Shown in pieces: positions 25,101-38,250 of a stretch of 64,000 nucleotides of DNA. The position numbers and the translations under genes were made by a program. Positions within the stretch are counted from its first letter, which is position 1; every line of letters begins with the position of its first letter. The notes under the pieces were generated by a model. It was not told the origin of the DNA. It searched no databases and saw only the letters and a program-made list of their open reading frames with translations. The DNA is from Azolla caroliniana (Eukaryota; Plantae; Polypodiophyta): NCBI GenBank assembly GCA_043228905.1, contig JBHGNT010000005.1, positions 3,162,001-3,226,000 on the forward strand, given 5' to 3'.

Positions 25101-27538
25101 ATCTCCTCATTTGACAAAGGTTCACCCATAATCTCATCCCTCGTCTTGGATGGTTTTGGGCCTTTACCTTCAGGATAAGGGCCTGGATCTTGAACAAACT
25201 TAATCCCCTTTCTGCTCTTAGGAGGCGGTTTGAAAGAGTCAAACTCTGGCAGTTTCTTCTTACTAGGCTTCAAAGGTGCACGTCCTGTCCATGGCCTATC
25301 CATGGTTGAAGGTCCAAAAGGAGAAAAAGGAGTCTCTCGGTAGCGCACAATTGGGGATTTGGGGGTCTCTGTGTAGCTGTACTCAAATTCAAAAGGTATA
25401 TCTGGTATAGAATGTTTATGCCATGTAGCAACTTTAGGTTTATCCAACGAGCTAGATGAAACTTTGCTATCCATAACTTCAGAGGCGAAACTGGGACAAG
25501 GCGTCTTGTCTGGTGTTGTCATACTAGAATGATGATCATGTTGCATCACTGCATTATCATCTTCATCATCATCTGAATCAATAGACCAACCACTATCATA
25601 TTCACCACCTGAATCACTTGTATCAATTCCAACCTCATTGACTGGACTACAAAAATCTTGATTTGGAACATTGACTCGTGACATATCATTGTTGATTCTT
25701 GTACGTTCTAAGTTGGTTATCTCATTGTTTTCCTCCTCATCATGACTCACTTTTTCGGCTATTTTATGCCTCAGATTCTTAGCATCTGAACTAAGAACTG
25801 ATGGTCTGGAAGGATTGGAACGAGAACCGGTAGAGACTGGTGTGTATCTCCCTTTTTGCGTTTGAATAAGGGCTTTACCAGTCAATGAGTGTTGTCTTCC
25901 AGCTTTAAAAGGAATAGGGTTTCTATCAGAAAGTTTGAAAGTTGATTTCTCTCTAGAACTAACTCCTACATCATCTTTTTCCAGAGATGGCTTCGTTTCA
26001 CTTAACATGCCCATTGCATCTGAAAGCGAAACTGATGATGATCTAGACGGGTTGGAGCGAGAACCAACAGACGTTGATGTACGTCTTTTCATTCTCCAAG
26101 GAATACTATTACCAGAAACATTAAAATGTGAATTTTCTCTAGAACTATCATCTTGCTCCAGAGATGACATCTCTTTGCAAAATATGTCTACTTCATCATT
26201 GAATAGGGAGCTCCTTCCCTGCTTATGATGATTTTGACCAGTTTTTCTTCCATTTTCTGAAGTGTTAAGGTTGATCCTCGAATTTTGCCAGCCTGTTTTC
26301 TTTGAATTCAAAGTAACATCCTTGTCTTGCACCATGTCAGCTTCTCCATATTGAGGATGAGAACTGTTACGTGATGAGACGTTATCATTCCCTGTTTGGA
26401 GGACTCTTACAGCTCTAGGATCTTTATGAAAACCTGGTTTCTTTTTGAATTTGGCCAATATCTCCTCGAGCTTGGACGAGAACACTGGAGCTTGTTCTCC
26501 ATTGCTACCTGCCCCAATAGAATTCGGTGACTCGTGATTGTGAGCTTTGCCATTGTCAATCTGCTGGTTATCACTGTACAACGACATTTTCTTTTCTTGT
26601 TCATTAGCAGAGAATTTAAGTGGACGATTTTGAACGCTACGTTGGCCATTTTCTACCTGCTGGTCAATGTACGAGGATCTTTGATTTTCTAATTTGTTTG
26701 CAGGAATTTCGACTGCATTAACTCGATTGCCATGGTGGCCATTTTCAATCAGCTGATTACTGTACAAAGATCTTTGTTTTTCTTGTTCGTTTCCAGAGAG
26801 TTCAGAAGCATGAACACCTTTGCCATGGTTAAACTCAACAACATTTCTGGAAGCATAGAACCGGTTCTGAGAATGTGAACGTTGGGGAAACATATACTTC
26901 TGTGGCATCACGCCAAGCTTCTGTTTCTGAGAAGACAAATGTGTTTGCTTTTCTTCATCATTTGCAAAAAAATTAGAAGTATCAATACCATCCCCTAGTA
27001 TATCTGGCTCAACATCATTTCGGGTGGCATAGAACTCGTTCATGAAACGTGAGGGTTCAGAGTTTATGGTCTTCTGTTTCTGAGGCAGGGATGGAGAATT
27101 TCTAAGTTTATTAACTTGTCCAAAATTTTTGAGCTTCTCCTTTCCTGAGAGAACTGATGTGTTCCGATACCTAATTCCGTCTGCTGAACGTTGTGAGTCA
27201 AGGTCTCCCTCATGGCCATCCATGGACGTGCCTTCTGTGGATTCATATGAATTAAAAGGGAAACCGAAAGAACGACATGCCTGGATATGAATAAATCGCG
27301 TGCAGCGTTCTTCTGTTCGATTGAGTAGGAAGAAGTTGCAGGATTTAGAGATGGAGGCGGAGGAAGAGAAGGAGAGGGAAGATGAGGATCGTGGAAGGGT
27401 ATGCGGTGCATAATAAACCTGCGAAGAAGAAGAAGAAGAAGAAGAAGAAGAAGAAGAAGAGGAAGATGAAATAGTAGAAGTAGTTAGATAAGGAGGAGGC
27501 CGAGTCGCAGACAAGGAAGGTGAAGCTGCGGCGGCCAT
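22189..27538 (-). CDS. CAF1: CRS2-associated factor 1-like CRM-domain chloroplast group II intron splicing factor, 5 exons, ~1233 aa
   Basis: Exons: 27538-25051, 23975-23848, 23703-23478, 23136-23009, 22920-22189 (3702 nt). Ser-rich transit peptide; [12 protein letters not shown]; [13 protein letters not shown]; two CRM domains ([43 protein letters not shown]...[23 protein letters not shown]); C-terminal [11 protein letters not shown] resembling CAF1. Confidence 0.93.
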
Positions 27539-28399
27539 GGGCGGCGAAGGAGAGGAAAGGAAAGGAAGAAAGAAAGAGAAGGGAATGCAGGGCGGGAGTA
27601 AATGGTGTCAGCTCAGAGGATGCGAATGGCGGAGGAGGGAGGAAGAGAGAGAGAGGCGGAGGCGGAAGTGGACTGGCAGAGCCCCAGTTGGGGGAGGAGG
27701 AGGCTTCTTCTTGTATGGCGATGGCGATGGCGATGGCGAATCATCATCTCTCTGTTTCTCTGCCTCTGCCTCTGCCTCTGCCTCTGCCTTCCGGATGGGA
27801 TGGGATGAGAATGCAAGTGAATGAAGAAGGGAAGGGAGATTAGTGTTATCACATACGCATAATCTATCACTCTCCTTAGGCCTAGTGGTAAGTTTTTCCA
27901 CTACAATCTTTACGTCTTGGGTTCGAACCCAACGTTCTCACTATCTCTCTCTCTCTCTCTCTCCCCCCACCCCAACATACACCCATTTCTTTTTTTCCAA
28001 AAACACATACACCCATTTTAGACCGACCGACTTTCTTATATGTACATACACAATGTGAGTGTGTGAGCTAAACACCCCCATGGATGGATGGTCTTTCCTG
28101 ACCCGGTCGACCAAGTCTCCAAGTATTCATGCCCCTACACATAAAACAACAATCAGGACACTTGGGTTTTTTGGTCGCACACCAAGGTATGTACCCCTAT
28201 CCCAAAGCATGTGTGGCCGGTATGTGTGTGTGTGTCATAGAGTGAGTGAGTGAGTGAGTGAGATGCCCAAATGGATGTCAATTGGTAAGGTTGCCCAATG
28301 GAGATCATGAGGTCACGGGTTCAACCTTTACATTCTATAGTGACATCTAGTGAATTAAGAGATATGCATGAAGTATATAATAGAGAGGTGAGTGAAATT

Positions 28400-31300
28400 T
28401 GTGGTGTCAAGGTAGAGGAGCAGCGGAGCAAGAGGTGAAGCAGAATCGGAGTCGGAGCAGGTTTTGAACCGCGCCAATGCAGGGCGGAGGTCTGTAGACG
28501 TGGGGCACAGAAGCCCCTCTCTGCCCATTTCTGCAGACGACCCACAGTCGGTGTCGTCACAGCCTCCTGCTGCCATTGCCTCGTGTTGCTCATTTAGGTT
28601 TCCCTCTAAACAACTCTAATAGCAGGGGTCCTGTTGAGATTATTTTCAATAATGAATAAATGCTTCTACTTGAGCAAGAGATAGAGTGCCTTGAGCGAAT
28701 AACAGTCATATGCCGCGTGATGGGATCACGACCAAACAGAGGATTGTTGCGAGGATATGTTGCAAGCTAAATTTCATTCACAAATAGGTGGTATAAAAGA
28801 AGTCCAGCCGCTTGGTAAAGGCTTCTATCAAATCATACTAGAGGACAAGGATTCCGCAGCGAACCTCATAGCAATATCTCCCTCCCAGGTCCAAAACTCA
28901 TGGTTGTTCATGTGTAAATGGACACATGGTTTTAACCCAAAGAAAGCCGCGCAACAGGATGATTCCATGAAAAAGGTAACAATGTTGTTTCCGGGATTAT
29001 CCTTAGAATACATGTTACTTCCTACTATTGGAAACTCCTTGGGTATGATGTTGACGAGGAACTAACGCTAGCGGACAGGCTAAAGAAATACCTAGGCCCT
29101 CCCTTTATCCGCCTCTTGGTGCATGACATCAACAAACTTCCTTCCAAGATCCTCATTCCGGGGAAAAACGGAATACAGATTGAACAACACATAGAAGTGA
29201 TCGGCGCATCGGGACAATGTTTTGCATGCAAAAAGCTTGGTCATTTAAAAAAGAACTACCCCACGAGACGCATTAAGGATCCCACCATGGAGACCTTGGA
29301 AGGTCAGGACACCATAGGAAATCATAAGCCTCCCCCACCACGCCCTGATAAGGCTGTGATGGAATGGCGAGTGGTGGGAAAATCCCATGCCCTACGTAAA
29401 ACTCCACAGTCACAAAATCCTTCATCACCAATGAGCCCCAATCATTTTGATCTACTACAAGAGCTCCCCCCCATAGATGAACACCCCCCTAGTGCTTTCT
29501 TAAGCCCCAAGGAAAGGCCCAAGGTGACTCCAAACACACAAGAGAAAATTCTCGTTAAAGCTTACAAAACAGGGAAGCAGTGAAGGATAAGTCATGTTAA
29601 GACCCTAATGCGGAGCTTTAACGGAACTGCACCCAATGGAGAAACCACAAACCAAGGCAATAGTTTGAATATCACGCCTCAGATCATAGCCTTCCCAACC
29701 ATAAATGAGTGTGATACATCTAGCCAGGACCTTGAACCACACCCACAAAATGCCCTGAAATGGCTAGGTATAGGGCATGCAACAATGGACAAAATAAGGG
29801 TACATGTATCGATGGTACATTAGAATGGAGTACCGACGACCTCAATTTCCTTTCCACTCTTGCTTCCGACACAAGAGGATTGGTCCAAGTCCAAGATCAA
29901 AGATACCCTAAGCAGTCAAGCAACCTGTTTTGTCACAAAAATAAGAGATGAAGCCCTGATGAACGAACTAAAGAAGCATTGGAATACCACAGAATTCTGG
30001 TGCAACATGGATGAAGAGGAACCCCCGAGGAACCTCATCTCTGCCACATCCACCTGCGGACTATCATAGACACCCAAGTAACTCTAGGCTTCTTCTATTT
30101 TTATGAGAAGCAAGAAGGGACTATTGAAGCTCATCGGATAACCCACAAACTCCACTCTTGGATGTCTAAATGGTGAGTGCTACCCACTCACGACTTGTTT
30201 GTGCAAAGCACCAGGAACAACTGGCAATCTCCCACCCCATTCCATGAGTATGAAGATTGTAACATGGAACGTGCAAGGGCTCAAAAGTCGACTAGACCAA
30301 CAAAACAAATGGAAACTGAGAAGGGATATTGAGGAATATTTTATGGAGTGTTGCTGACATCATCATGTTGCAGGAACACCACCTCAATAGCACGCAGTCA
30401 AAGGAAGTCGGAGACCTTCTACCAAGATCATGGCAAACAATTTGGGAGCCAACAATAGGGGAGGATGGAAATCATGGTGGTATTTGCACTTTGATTCGGG
30501 AACATCTAGCCCAAGGCTTAATACACCAAGAATCACTTATACCTGGTAGGGCACATTTTTGCACGTTGGCCATCCAAGGGCAACACTGGAATTTCATGAA
30601 TGTTTATGCTCCAAATAGTAGAACAGAAAGGGCAACATTTTGGGAACGCATCCGCCTACAAGTAGCACGTGCGGAAGAGTGGTGCATTGGAGGGAATTTT
30701 AATATGATCGAATCCATTCACGATAGCTCTAACAACAACCTCATAGTTCTACAAGGAAGAGAACGTAAACAATGGGAGAAGTTATGTGTACACCTTAACC
30801 TGGGAGACATCTAGCATTCTAACAACTTCCAACAAAAAAGGGATTCTCTCTTATTCTCACCATCAGATGGGCGGAATAGTGGACCCACCATATCTCGCAT
30901 TGACCGCATTTATGTGGGCGAGGCTCTAGAAGCGAAGGGAGGGTGGTGTCGCATAACTCCAGGCACGCCTTTCTCTGACCATTACCTAGTAGTTGGTCAT
31001 TTTCAATTGCACCGAAAATGGGGCCCATTCTAGCCTCACATCCCACACACTATTTACACAATTATAGAGGTGAAGGAACAACTCTCCAACCAATGGTGAT
31101 TACCCATCAAGGACTTATCAACATCTAACAAACTTCTAGCTAAATTAGCAAGAGCTTCAACTCTCCTACATGAGATTGTCAAGACCAGAAGCAAGGATGC
31201 TCAAGAAAAGCGACAGAGGACAAAACGGGGACTAATAGCCTTACAACGACTCCAACAGAGATACCCGTCATGTAGTTGGATCGCAGGACAAGTTGCCATG

Positions 31301-33247
31301 GCCAAACATGAACTTAGCATGGTGGAAAAGGAAATATATGACATGGAGTTTCATGGAAGCATGGCGAGATATTCGAGTAGGGAACAAAACCACGAAGGAA
31401 TTCTTCCACTCCAAAGGCCCGAGCACGCTAGAACAATGATGCGTAGCCTCAATCGAAAGGATGGAACGACCACTAAGGATGGCAAAGAAATGAGGAATAT
31501 TGCCACAAGTTACTATAAAAGCCTACTTACCGAAGATACTATGGTCACATGGGAAGGCATAAGAGAAGATATTATCCTCCAAAGCATACCCGAGAAAGTC
31601 ACGACGGAAGTGAATACATGGCTCGTGTGTCCCCTATCAATCATCGAGATATGGGAGGCCCTCTCTTATTTGAATGCAGATAGTTGCCCCGGAATCGACG
31701 TCCTCACCACACACTTTTTCACATGCCTTTGGCACACTATTAAAGATTCAAACCTCCTCCAGGCATATGAGGAGATCATCACCTCTAGAAACATGTCGGA
31801 GGAATTTGGACAGGGGATGATACATCTCATTGCTAAAAGTGGTGGGAGTGCCAATGACATTAGCAAGTGGCGGCCCATAACTCTTCTATAGAATTTGCAA
31901 ATGACACAACGGTCTACTTGCTAGGGGACTTGGAAAACCTCCAAAAGCTAGAAAGTGGGTTAGCCGTATTTTGCAAGAGATCCAATGCCATGATCAATTG
32001 GCACAAATCCTGTGCAATATGACTTTCTCATGAAACACATCCTGTGTGGCACCCACATCCCGCTTTCAAATGGATCAATCAAGGAGCTAGCACCAAATAT
32101 TTGGGTTTCCAAATTGGTTTCAACATACTGCTGGAGATTATGATTGCACATATTATCCATTCCATTCAACAAAAGTTGATACATTGGAGTTCGAAAAAAC
32201 TGTCGCTAATGGGTCGCATCATAGTGGCAAACCAGGTACTACTCGCAACAACATGGTACGGTCTATCATGTTGGACAATGTCCAAGGACATTATCCATTA
32301 GATTCAACGACTGGTACACAACTACATTTGGTGTGGTAAGGAAGATCATGTAACTTGCACCAAGGTGGCGTGGCCTATACTCACAACACCTAAGTCGAGA
32401 GGGGGATTGAGTCTTATTGATCCCCTTTCACCATCAAAAGCCTTACTTACCAAATTTGTGGTGCGAGGACTCCAACTAGGAAATGACTGTTGGAAAATAC
32501 TATTGCGGTTATGTTTCGCTTACTTTAGGCCATGAAAAGGGGTCAATTGGGCCCCCCAAACAGGATGGATTCTAAACATGGATCTCAAACCTAGTGTCTC
32601 CCGCCAATTGGAGGATAGATTCAGTGCATCCATGTGGAAGGCATGGTGTGACATTAGACGAGGGCTCAAGTGCGATCAACCGAGTTTCGAACCTGCTTGG
32701 CTCAGTCAACGTATCCTATAGAACCCATGTATCAAGGATGAATCTAATCAACTACCGGGATCATGTAAGGGGTTGTCATGGGGATACATTGCAGAAGGTC
32801 TTGGAAAAAGTATAGAATGTTGGAGACGGTTTATGTCATTGCCACTACAAGATCAAGCCAACATACTCCGTGGAATCAAGGGCGGATGGACTATGAGATC
32901 GGAAATCATTAACGCTCTACTGATTAGGGAAGTTGCTGCTCAAAGGATGACAATGGAGAAATGGATAGGCTACGAGGAGGAGGGATATTTGATACTGAGA
33001 GGTAGGGGAACAACTCTGAATTGCGAGACATTGAGACACCAACACAGAATAACGCAATTCGAGTACTCGCGTATACTGGTCATAAATGGATTGTAGATCC
33101 TGATCCGATCAAAGTACATCCCGATTGACACATATGTACTCATGAAAACACATGGCTACTTAAGGTCAATTGGGACCCTTTGCAATGGACATGGTGTGAT
33201 CCTTACACGGGGCAAGGAAGCAAACCCATCCATTTCTTCCAATTCAC
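28400..33247 (+). mobile_element. Decayed L1-type LINE (ORF1 DUF4283 plus zinc knuckle; ORF2 APE endonuclease plus partial RT)
   Basis: ORF1 remnants LGKGFYQI and CFACKKLGHLKKN. ORF2 starts MKIVTWNVQGL at ~30250, then MLQEHH, NVYAPN, WCIGGNFN, SRIDR, SDH, CPGID, KWRPITLL, FANDT (degenerate FADD), KYLG, LSLMGRIIVANQVL. Many stops and frameshifts; boundaries approximate. Confidence 0.92.
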
Positions 33248-33990
33248 GAATGTTATTCGTTGTCTTTCAACTCCATCGGAGCCACCCTTGAGGCCATTAT
33301 ATTTTCTCTTTAGAGTGGCTACAATTTCACTCCATATCTCTTGCAATAACCTTGTTGGATGCGCAGTTTGGTTGGAGAAGACCCGTCTACACCGTTGTTT
33401 CCATAGAATCTAAAGAGTTATTAGGCTGACCAATTCCAACACAACTTGAGATTTGTCATTAAGAGGAGTTGAGTGGACATTGCTGCCGGTGGAGAAAAAA
33501 AACCTCTTGTGCTTTTATCACCAAAATCATCCCCTCCTCCCGATGCTCATATCTGCCCCACAATAGCCCCACTTGATTGAGCCTTACACCTGGAATAATT
33601 GCAACAAGCGGCCAACCCCCCACCATATTCGATGGGACGCTGGGCAGTCCCACAGAGCATGTCGTATTGATTCTACTGCATTTGGGCACTCTACACAATT
33701 AGGAGAACTAAGGTTCCCATGTTGCCATGCTCCCACTGGTAGTGACTTATGTATTAATAGCCATTGGAACGTGGTAATTCGCCTCGCGTGTTGTTGTTTC
33801 CATATTTTCTGCCAAAACTTGGTGATAATTGTGTGAGGAACTTGAAATGTATGCCAAACCAAGGAGGTTGCCGGCTCTCGGGCAGTTTGAGCAGCTAGAA
33901 TGTGGCGACCCAACCAACAATGGTCGTCCTCTCCCTTTCTTGAGTCAGTGGGCATCATCCACATAAGATGGAACTATTGCGTCCCTAGAT
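33248..33990 (-). mobile_element. LINE ORF2 C-terminal fragment (zf-RVT) in opposite orientation
   Basis: FWQKIW...FQWLLIHKSLPVG...CVECPNAVESIRHALWDC...IW, then WKQRCRRVF further down the minus strand. Confidence 0.85.
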
Positions 33991-34088
33991 GGATTTGTAC
34001 ATAATAGTCTCATTTGTAAAATTTTATAACTAATGGAAGGAGTTTTTTTTGGAAAGAAGAAAAAGAGAGTTTCGAACCCAAAACGTAG

Positions 34089-34250
34089 TGGCTTGTAGTG
34101 TAACAACTTACCAATAAGGTAAGGTAATTACAAAAGCAAAAAGCAGAAAGCAAAAAGAGAAAGAGATAGACTGGCTTGTAGTGTAACAACTTACCAAAGC
34201 AGGGTAAGGTAATTACAAAAGCAAAAAGCAAAAAGCAAAAAGAGAAAGAA
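34089..34250. repeat. ~83-bp two-copy tandem duplication in the RGXT promoter region
   Basis: TGGCTTGTAGTGTAACAACTTACCAA...GGTAAGGTAATTACAAAAGCAAAAAGCA occurs twice. Confidence 0.85.
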
Positions 34251-34447
34251 AGAGAGAGAGACAGGTATGTATACATATTGACCGAAGAGAGAATTAAGGA
34301 TTTTCATGTTCATCTCTCTTTTTGTATGTACGAGAGAGAGAGAGAGAAGAGAGCATGAACGATTTTCATGCTCTATCTTTCTTTTTTGTCTAACTACATA
34401 CATACATACATACTTATTATTAGTGTGTTGTAGTGGGAGAGGAGAAT

Positions 34448-37400
34448 ATGATGCTCCGCAAACAAGCTCACTGGGGTGCCTTCCAACAACACTACAATCG
34501 GAACCCTAATTCCCTCTCCCACTCTGCTACCCTCAGCCTCCTCGTCACCGCCATTCTCCTCCTCGGCTTCTTCTTCCCTCTCATCGCCCTGCATCAGAAG
34601 AAGACCCCTTTCATCCCACCAAAGAAGACGAAAGCCGAGGATCCGCAATCTCTAGCGGAATCGCTGAGGTGGAGATCGTACACTCTCCAAGAAGCTCTTC
34701 TTTCTGTCGGGCAGAACAAGACCGTGATTGTGTGTGTTGTGAGCGAACCTTACTTGCCATTCCTCGCGAATTGGCTCATCAGTTTGTCTAGATTTGATAG
34801 GCACCATAGTGTTCTTGTCATAGCTGAAGATTATGCTACATTGTATGAAGTGAATCGGAGATGGCCTGGCCATGCTGTTCTTATACCTCCTGCTCTGCCT
34901 CTTCAACAAGCTCACAAATTCGGATCTCAGGTATGTACACACTTTGATTTTCCTTTCCAACGTGTTGATCATCAAGAATGTGGCTAAAAGTTGCATTTTC
35001 TAGTTGTGGACATTGTTGCTGCCGCCTTCTTCATCTTCCTTGAGATCCATATGTGATTTTTGTTTCTAGGTGGATGATCGTATGAACATATATGCTATCA
35101 TACACTAATGGAATGAATTCGGCCAGAGGTAGGCGTACGATCTCAGAGGAGGACCATTCGATCTGTCACAGTTTAGATGTTACGGTTTGGACAGACATAG
35201 ATTTATTCCAGTGATTGTGTTCAGAATATATACACAATCAGACATTGATGTATTCAGTTAGGCCAGACATAGAGGTCATCAGCTAATTGAAAGACCATCG
35301 GGTCAGCTATTGTTTTGATGTTATAGTATGAAGGTTTATTTGTATAAGTAGGTTCCAGACATACATTTTTTGAGCCAATTAGATAAAAGGTAGGACGATT
35401 AGCTCAGTGGACTTTGGTTTGGTTAGCCATATGATGGATCTATGGTCTTGACATAGATCAAAGTTTCGTTGGTACGAGCATGCGTGTGATCCACAATATG
35501 GTTCTCATGGTTTTTCCATATAGATCTAATATTAAGTGGCATAAATAGGTAAGGCTGGTTATGTTATGAGCATGCATGTAATCATACAATAGTGGAATGA
35601 GTTAGACCATAAATAACCCCTTACCCCAGTAGATGACCATTTGGTCAGGTGTAAACTTGGCAGTTTGGTTTGTGGATACACATAGGGGCTAAATTGGCAT
35701 ATAGTGGGATCATGATCTATTGTGCATCTCTTCTTCCTTCATGATGTTTGCGTGGAGAGCTCCCACAAATATAGAGATTGTGCAACTCTCTACAATGTTC
35801 ACCGTCTCATGAGAGGACCTCATGCCAGATGATGAGCTTTATCTCAGGGATATTCAGTTTAATTCTTTTCTTAACTTCTTTGATTATGTTATTGTGTTGA
35901 TTAGAAACTTGAGATTATTAGAATCATTGCTCTCTTACTGATCTTTCAGGGTTTTTTCAATTTCACTTCTCGAAGACCAAGACATTTGCTTCAAATATTG
36001 GACTTGGGATACTCTGTTTTGTACAATGATGTTGACATGGTGTGGCTGAAGGATCCATTCCCATACTTCAAAGGCGATTATGATTTATATTTCATGGATG
36101 ACATGACTGAAGTAAGAATCTTATCTTGTATGTGGTAGGTGTTTCATTTCATGAGGCCACTAAGTCTCCATCAGTGCACAAACATGATCATGACTTGTCT
36201 AGTTAAAAACAAGGGTTTACATTCTTGGCTAATTAAAGTGAATGTTCCAGTTGAAAAGTTCAAAATGATTTAATGCTGGCTTGAGATGGGGAAGAGTTTG
36301 GTCTCATTCGTGACATGTAGACCCATTCTTTCCTACTAGTGAATGAGCTTTCCTATATCCTTCTACGGGAGTGAGAATAGATCATATCAATGGGGGCAAA
36401 TATATATCAATTTCCATATTGCACAAATGTGAATAGAACTAATTGTTTGAATGGGTTCTCTCTATCCCAGAGGAAAGCCAAGGTTGTGAAGTCATTTGGC
36501 ATGTTTGCGTAAGTCCCATGTTAAGATCATCTTCGAAATTCCACTGGCTGCCCTACTGTGAAGCAGGTTAGCATTTGAAGATACAAAATGTAAAACCATG
36601 TAAACGACTGAGCCATCTACGTTTACTACTGATATCTTCTTTTCACGGGTAGTTGGCAACATCAAATTGCATTACCTCATTGGTGATGGTTTCAGAAAGT
36701 CATAATTCATCCCAATGAAATACTTACTCTGGGCCGTGGTTATCCCACTTCAAATAACTGAAATGGGGGTGAAATGTTTCAACAATATCTGAAACAGCCT
36801 GGAAGAAATGTGTCTGAAACAGTCATTTTTTGTTCCCAAAATTTGGGGCCTTTTTCTCTTATTTTGGATTGTTTTTATGGATGGTAATATACAGTTTTTG
36901 TTTTCTTCTTCTCATTCTCCCTCACAAGGATGGATGTGATTTTCATGGCAGATCAAACCAGCCGGCCATTCACATAAACTACCTCCTCCAGGGAAGAAGG
37001 GACGAACATATATTTGCAGTTGCTTGCTCTTTATGAGGCCAACATATGGTGGAAAACTCATTTTAAAGGAATGGATTAATGAGCTTGAAGCACAGCCGTG
37101 GTCCCCTAAAGCCAAGGCTAATGATCAGCCTGCCTTCAATTGGGCACTCAACAAGACAGCCAACCAGGTGCCCCTTTTTTCTATTGTGCTTTAGTTAGAT
37201 CTGTAGTAAATATAAATACATATGTAAGATCTATATATACAAAAGCACATATACATTTACAAGCATATACATATAATCTCCTTATAAGCTAATGGCTTTG
37301 CAAGTAAAAAAAAAAGCATATCCTCGTATACCAACCAAGTCATGGATCTATGCAGGTGAAGCTTTACTTATTACCACAGCAAGCCTTTCCTTCTGGAGGG

Positions 37401-37583
37401 TTGTATTTCAAGAATGAAACTTGGAGAAGTGAAACACATGGAAAACAAACTATCGTTCATAACAACTACATCACAGGATTTGACAAGAAGATCAAACGTT
37501 TCCATGAGTTTAATCTCTGGTTTATTGGTGATGACAATAATCCAACAGAAGCTTTGATGAAATTTAGATCACGCAAAAGCTAA
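34448..37583 (+). CDS. RGXT: Rhamnogalacturonan-II alpha-1,3-xylosyltransferase (GT77, RGXT/MGP4 family), 4 exons, ~362 aa
   Basis: Exons: 34448-34930, 35950-36111, 36952-37167, 37356-37583 (1089 nt). Type II membrane anchor; PFLANWLIS; VLVIAEDY; WPGHAVLIPP; HKFGSQ|GFFNFTSRRP; YNDVD (DxD); GRTYICSC; NDQPAFNWALN; LLPQQAFPSGGLYF; HNNYITGFDKKIKRF. Confidence 0.95.
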
Positions 37584-37729
37584 CATTCTACAAAAATCTC
37601 AGATGTGGAAGATAAATAGTACCCAAAAAAGCTATGTATCCTTAAATTGGAGGGAAGATCAAAATCTTCATATATTTTTATTGGTGCGTGAAGAGGGCAG
37701 AAGACGGCAGCTTAATGTAGTATAAATAT

Positions 37730-37864
37730 TGTAAAACAATGATTTGGGCCATGATATTCTTGTTTTCTTTTTGAGTTGTAATCAATTTATTTTTATTATT
37801 TTGCTCTTAATTCTGGTTTCGATGGGAGCACCAAAACGTCAGCCTACTGTATCGCATGTATGCA

Positions 37865-37935
<71 letters not shown>

Positions 37936-38250
37936 TGAAACAATTATTTAAGCTATGATATTCTTGTTTTTGGAGTTCTAATAAATTTGTATGGGAGCAC
38001 CAAAACATCACTGTATCGCATGTATGCAATATATATGTGTGTGTGTGTGTGTGTGTAAAACAATTATTTAAGCTATGATATTCTTGTTTTTGGAGTTCTA
38101 ATAAATTTGTATGGGAGCATTATAATAAAATACTCCTTTATATATATGTATGCAATGTATATATAATATTTGTAAAACAACGATTTAAGCCATGATATTC
38201 TTATTTTTGGAGCTCTAATAAAATTGTATGGGAGAATTATAATAAAATAC
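37730..38250. repeat. Compound repeat: (TG)n tracts alternating with a ~60-bp unit present 3-4 times
   Basis: AAAACAATTATTTAAGCTATGATATTCTTGTTTTTGGAGTTCTAATAAATTTGTATGGGAGCA at ~37938, ~38057 and ~38173, diverged copy at ~37733; (TG)n at 37878-37937 and 38036-38056. Confidence 0.88.

Noticed and set aside
27520-27901. Several overlapping ORFs upstream of CAF1, one in frame with it
   Set aside because: The GC-rich hexamer-repeat leader lacks stops by composition. The in-frame ORF has a non-ATG start and a TGA at 27608-27610 before the CAF1 ATG.
37938-38250. Repeat-spacer-like array superficially resembling CRISPR
   Set aside because: Eukaryotic context, ~60-bp units, microsatellite or related spacers, and no cas genes.
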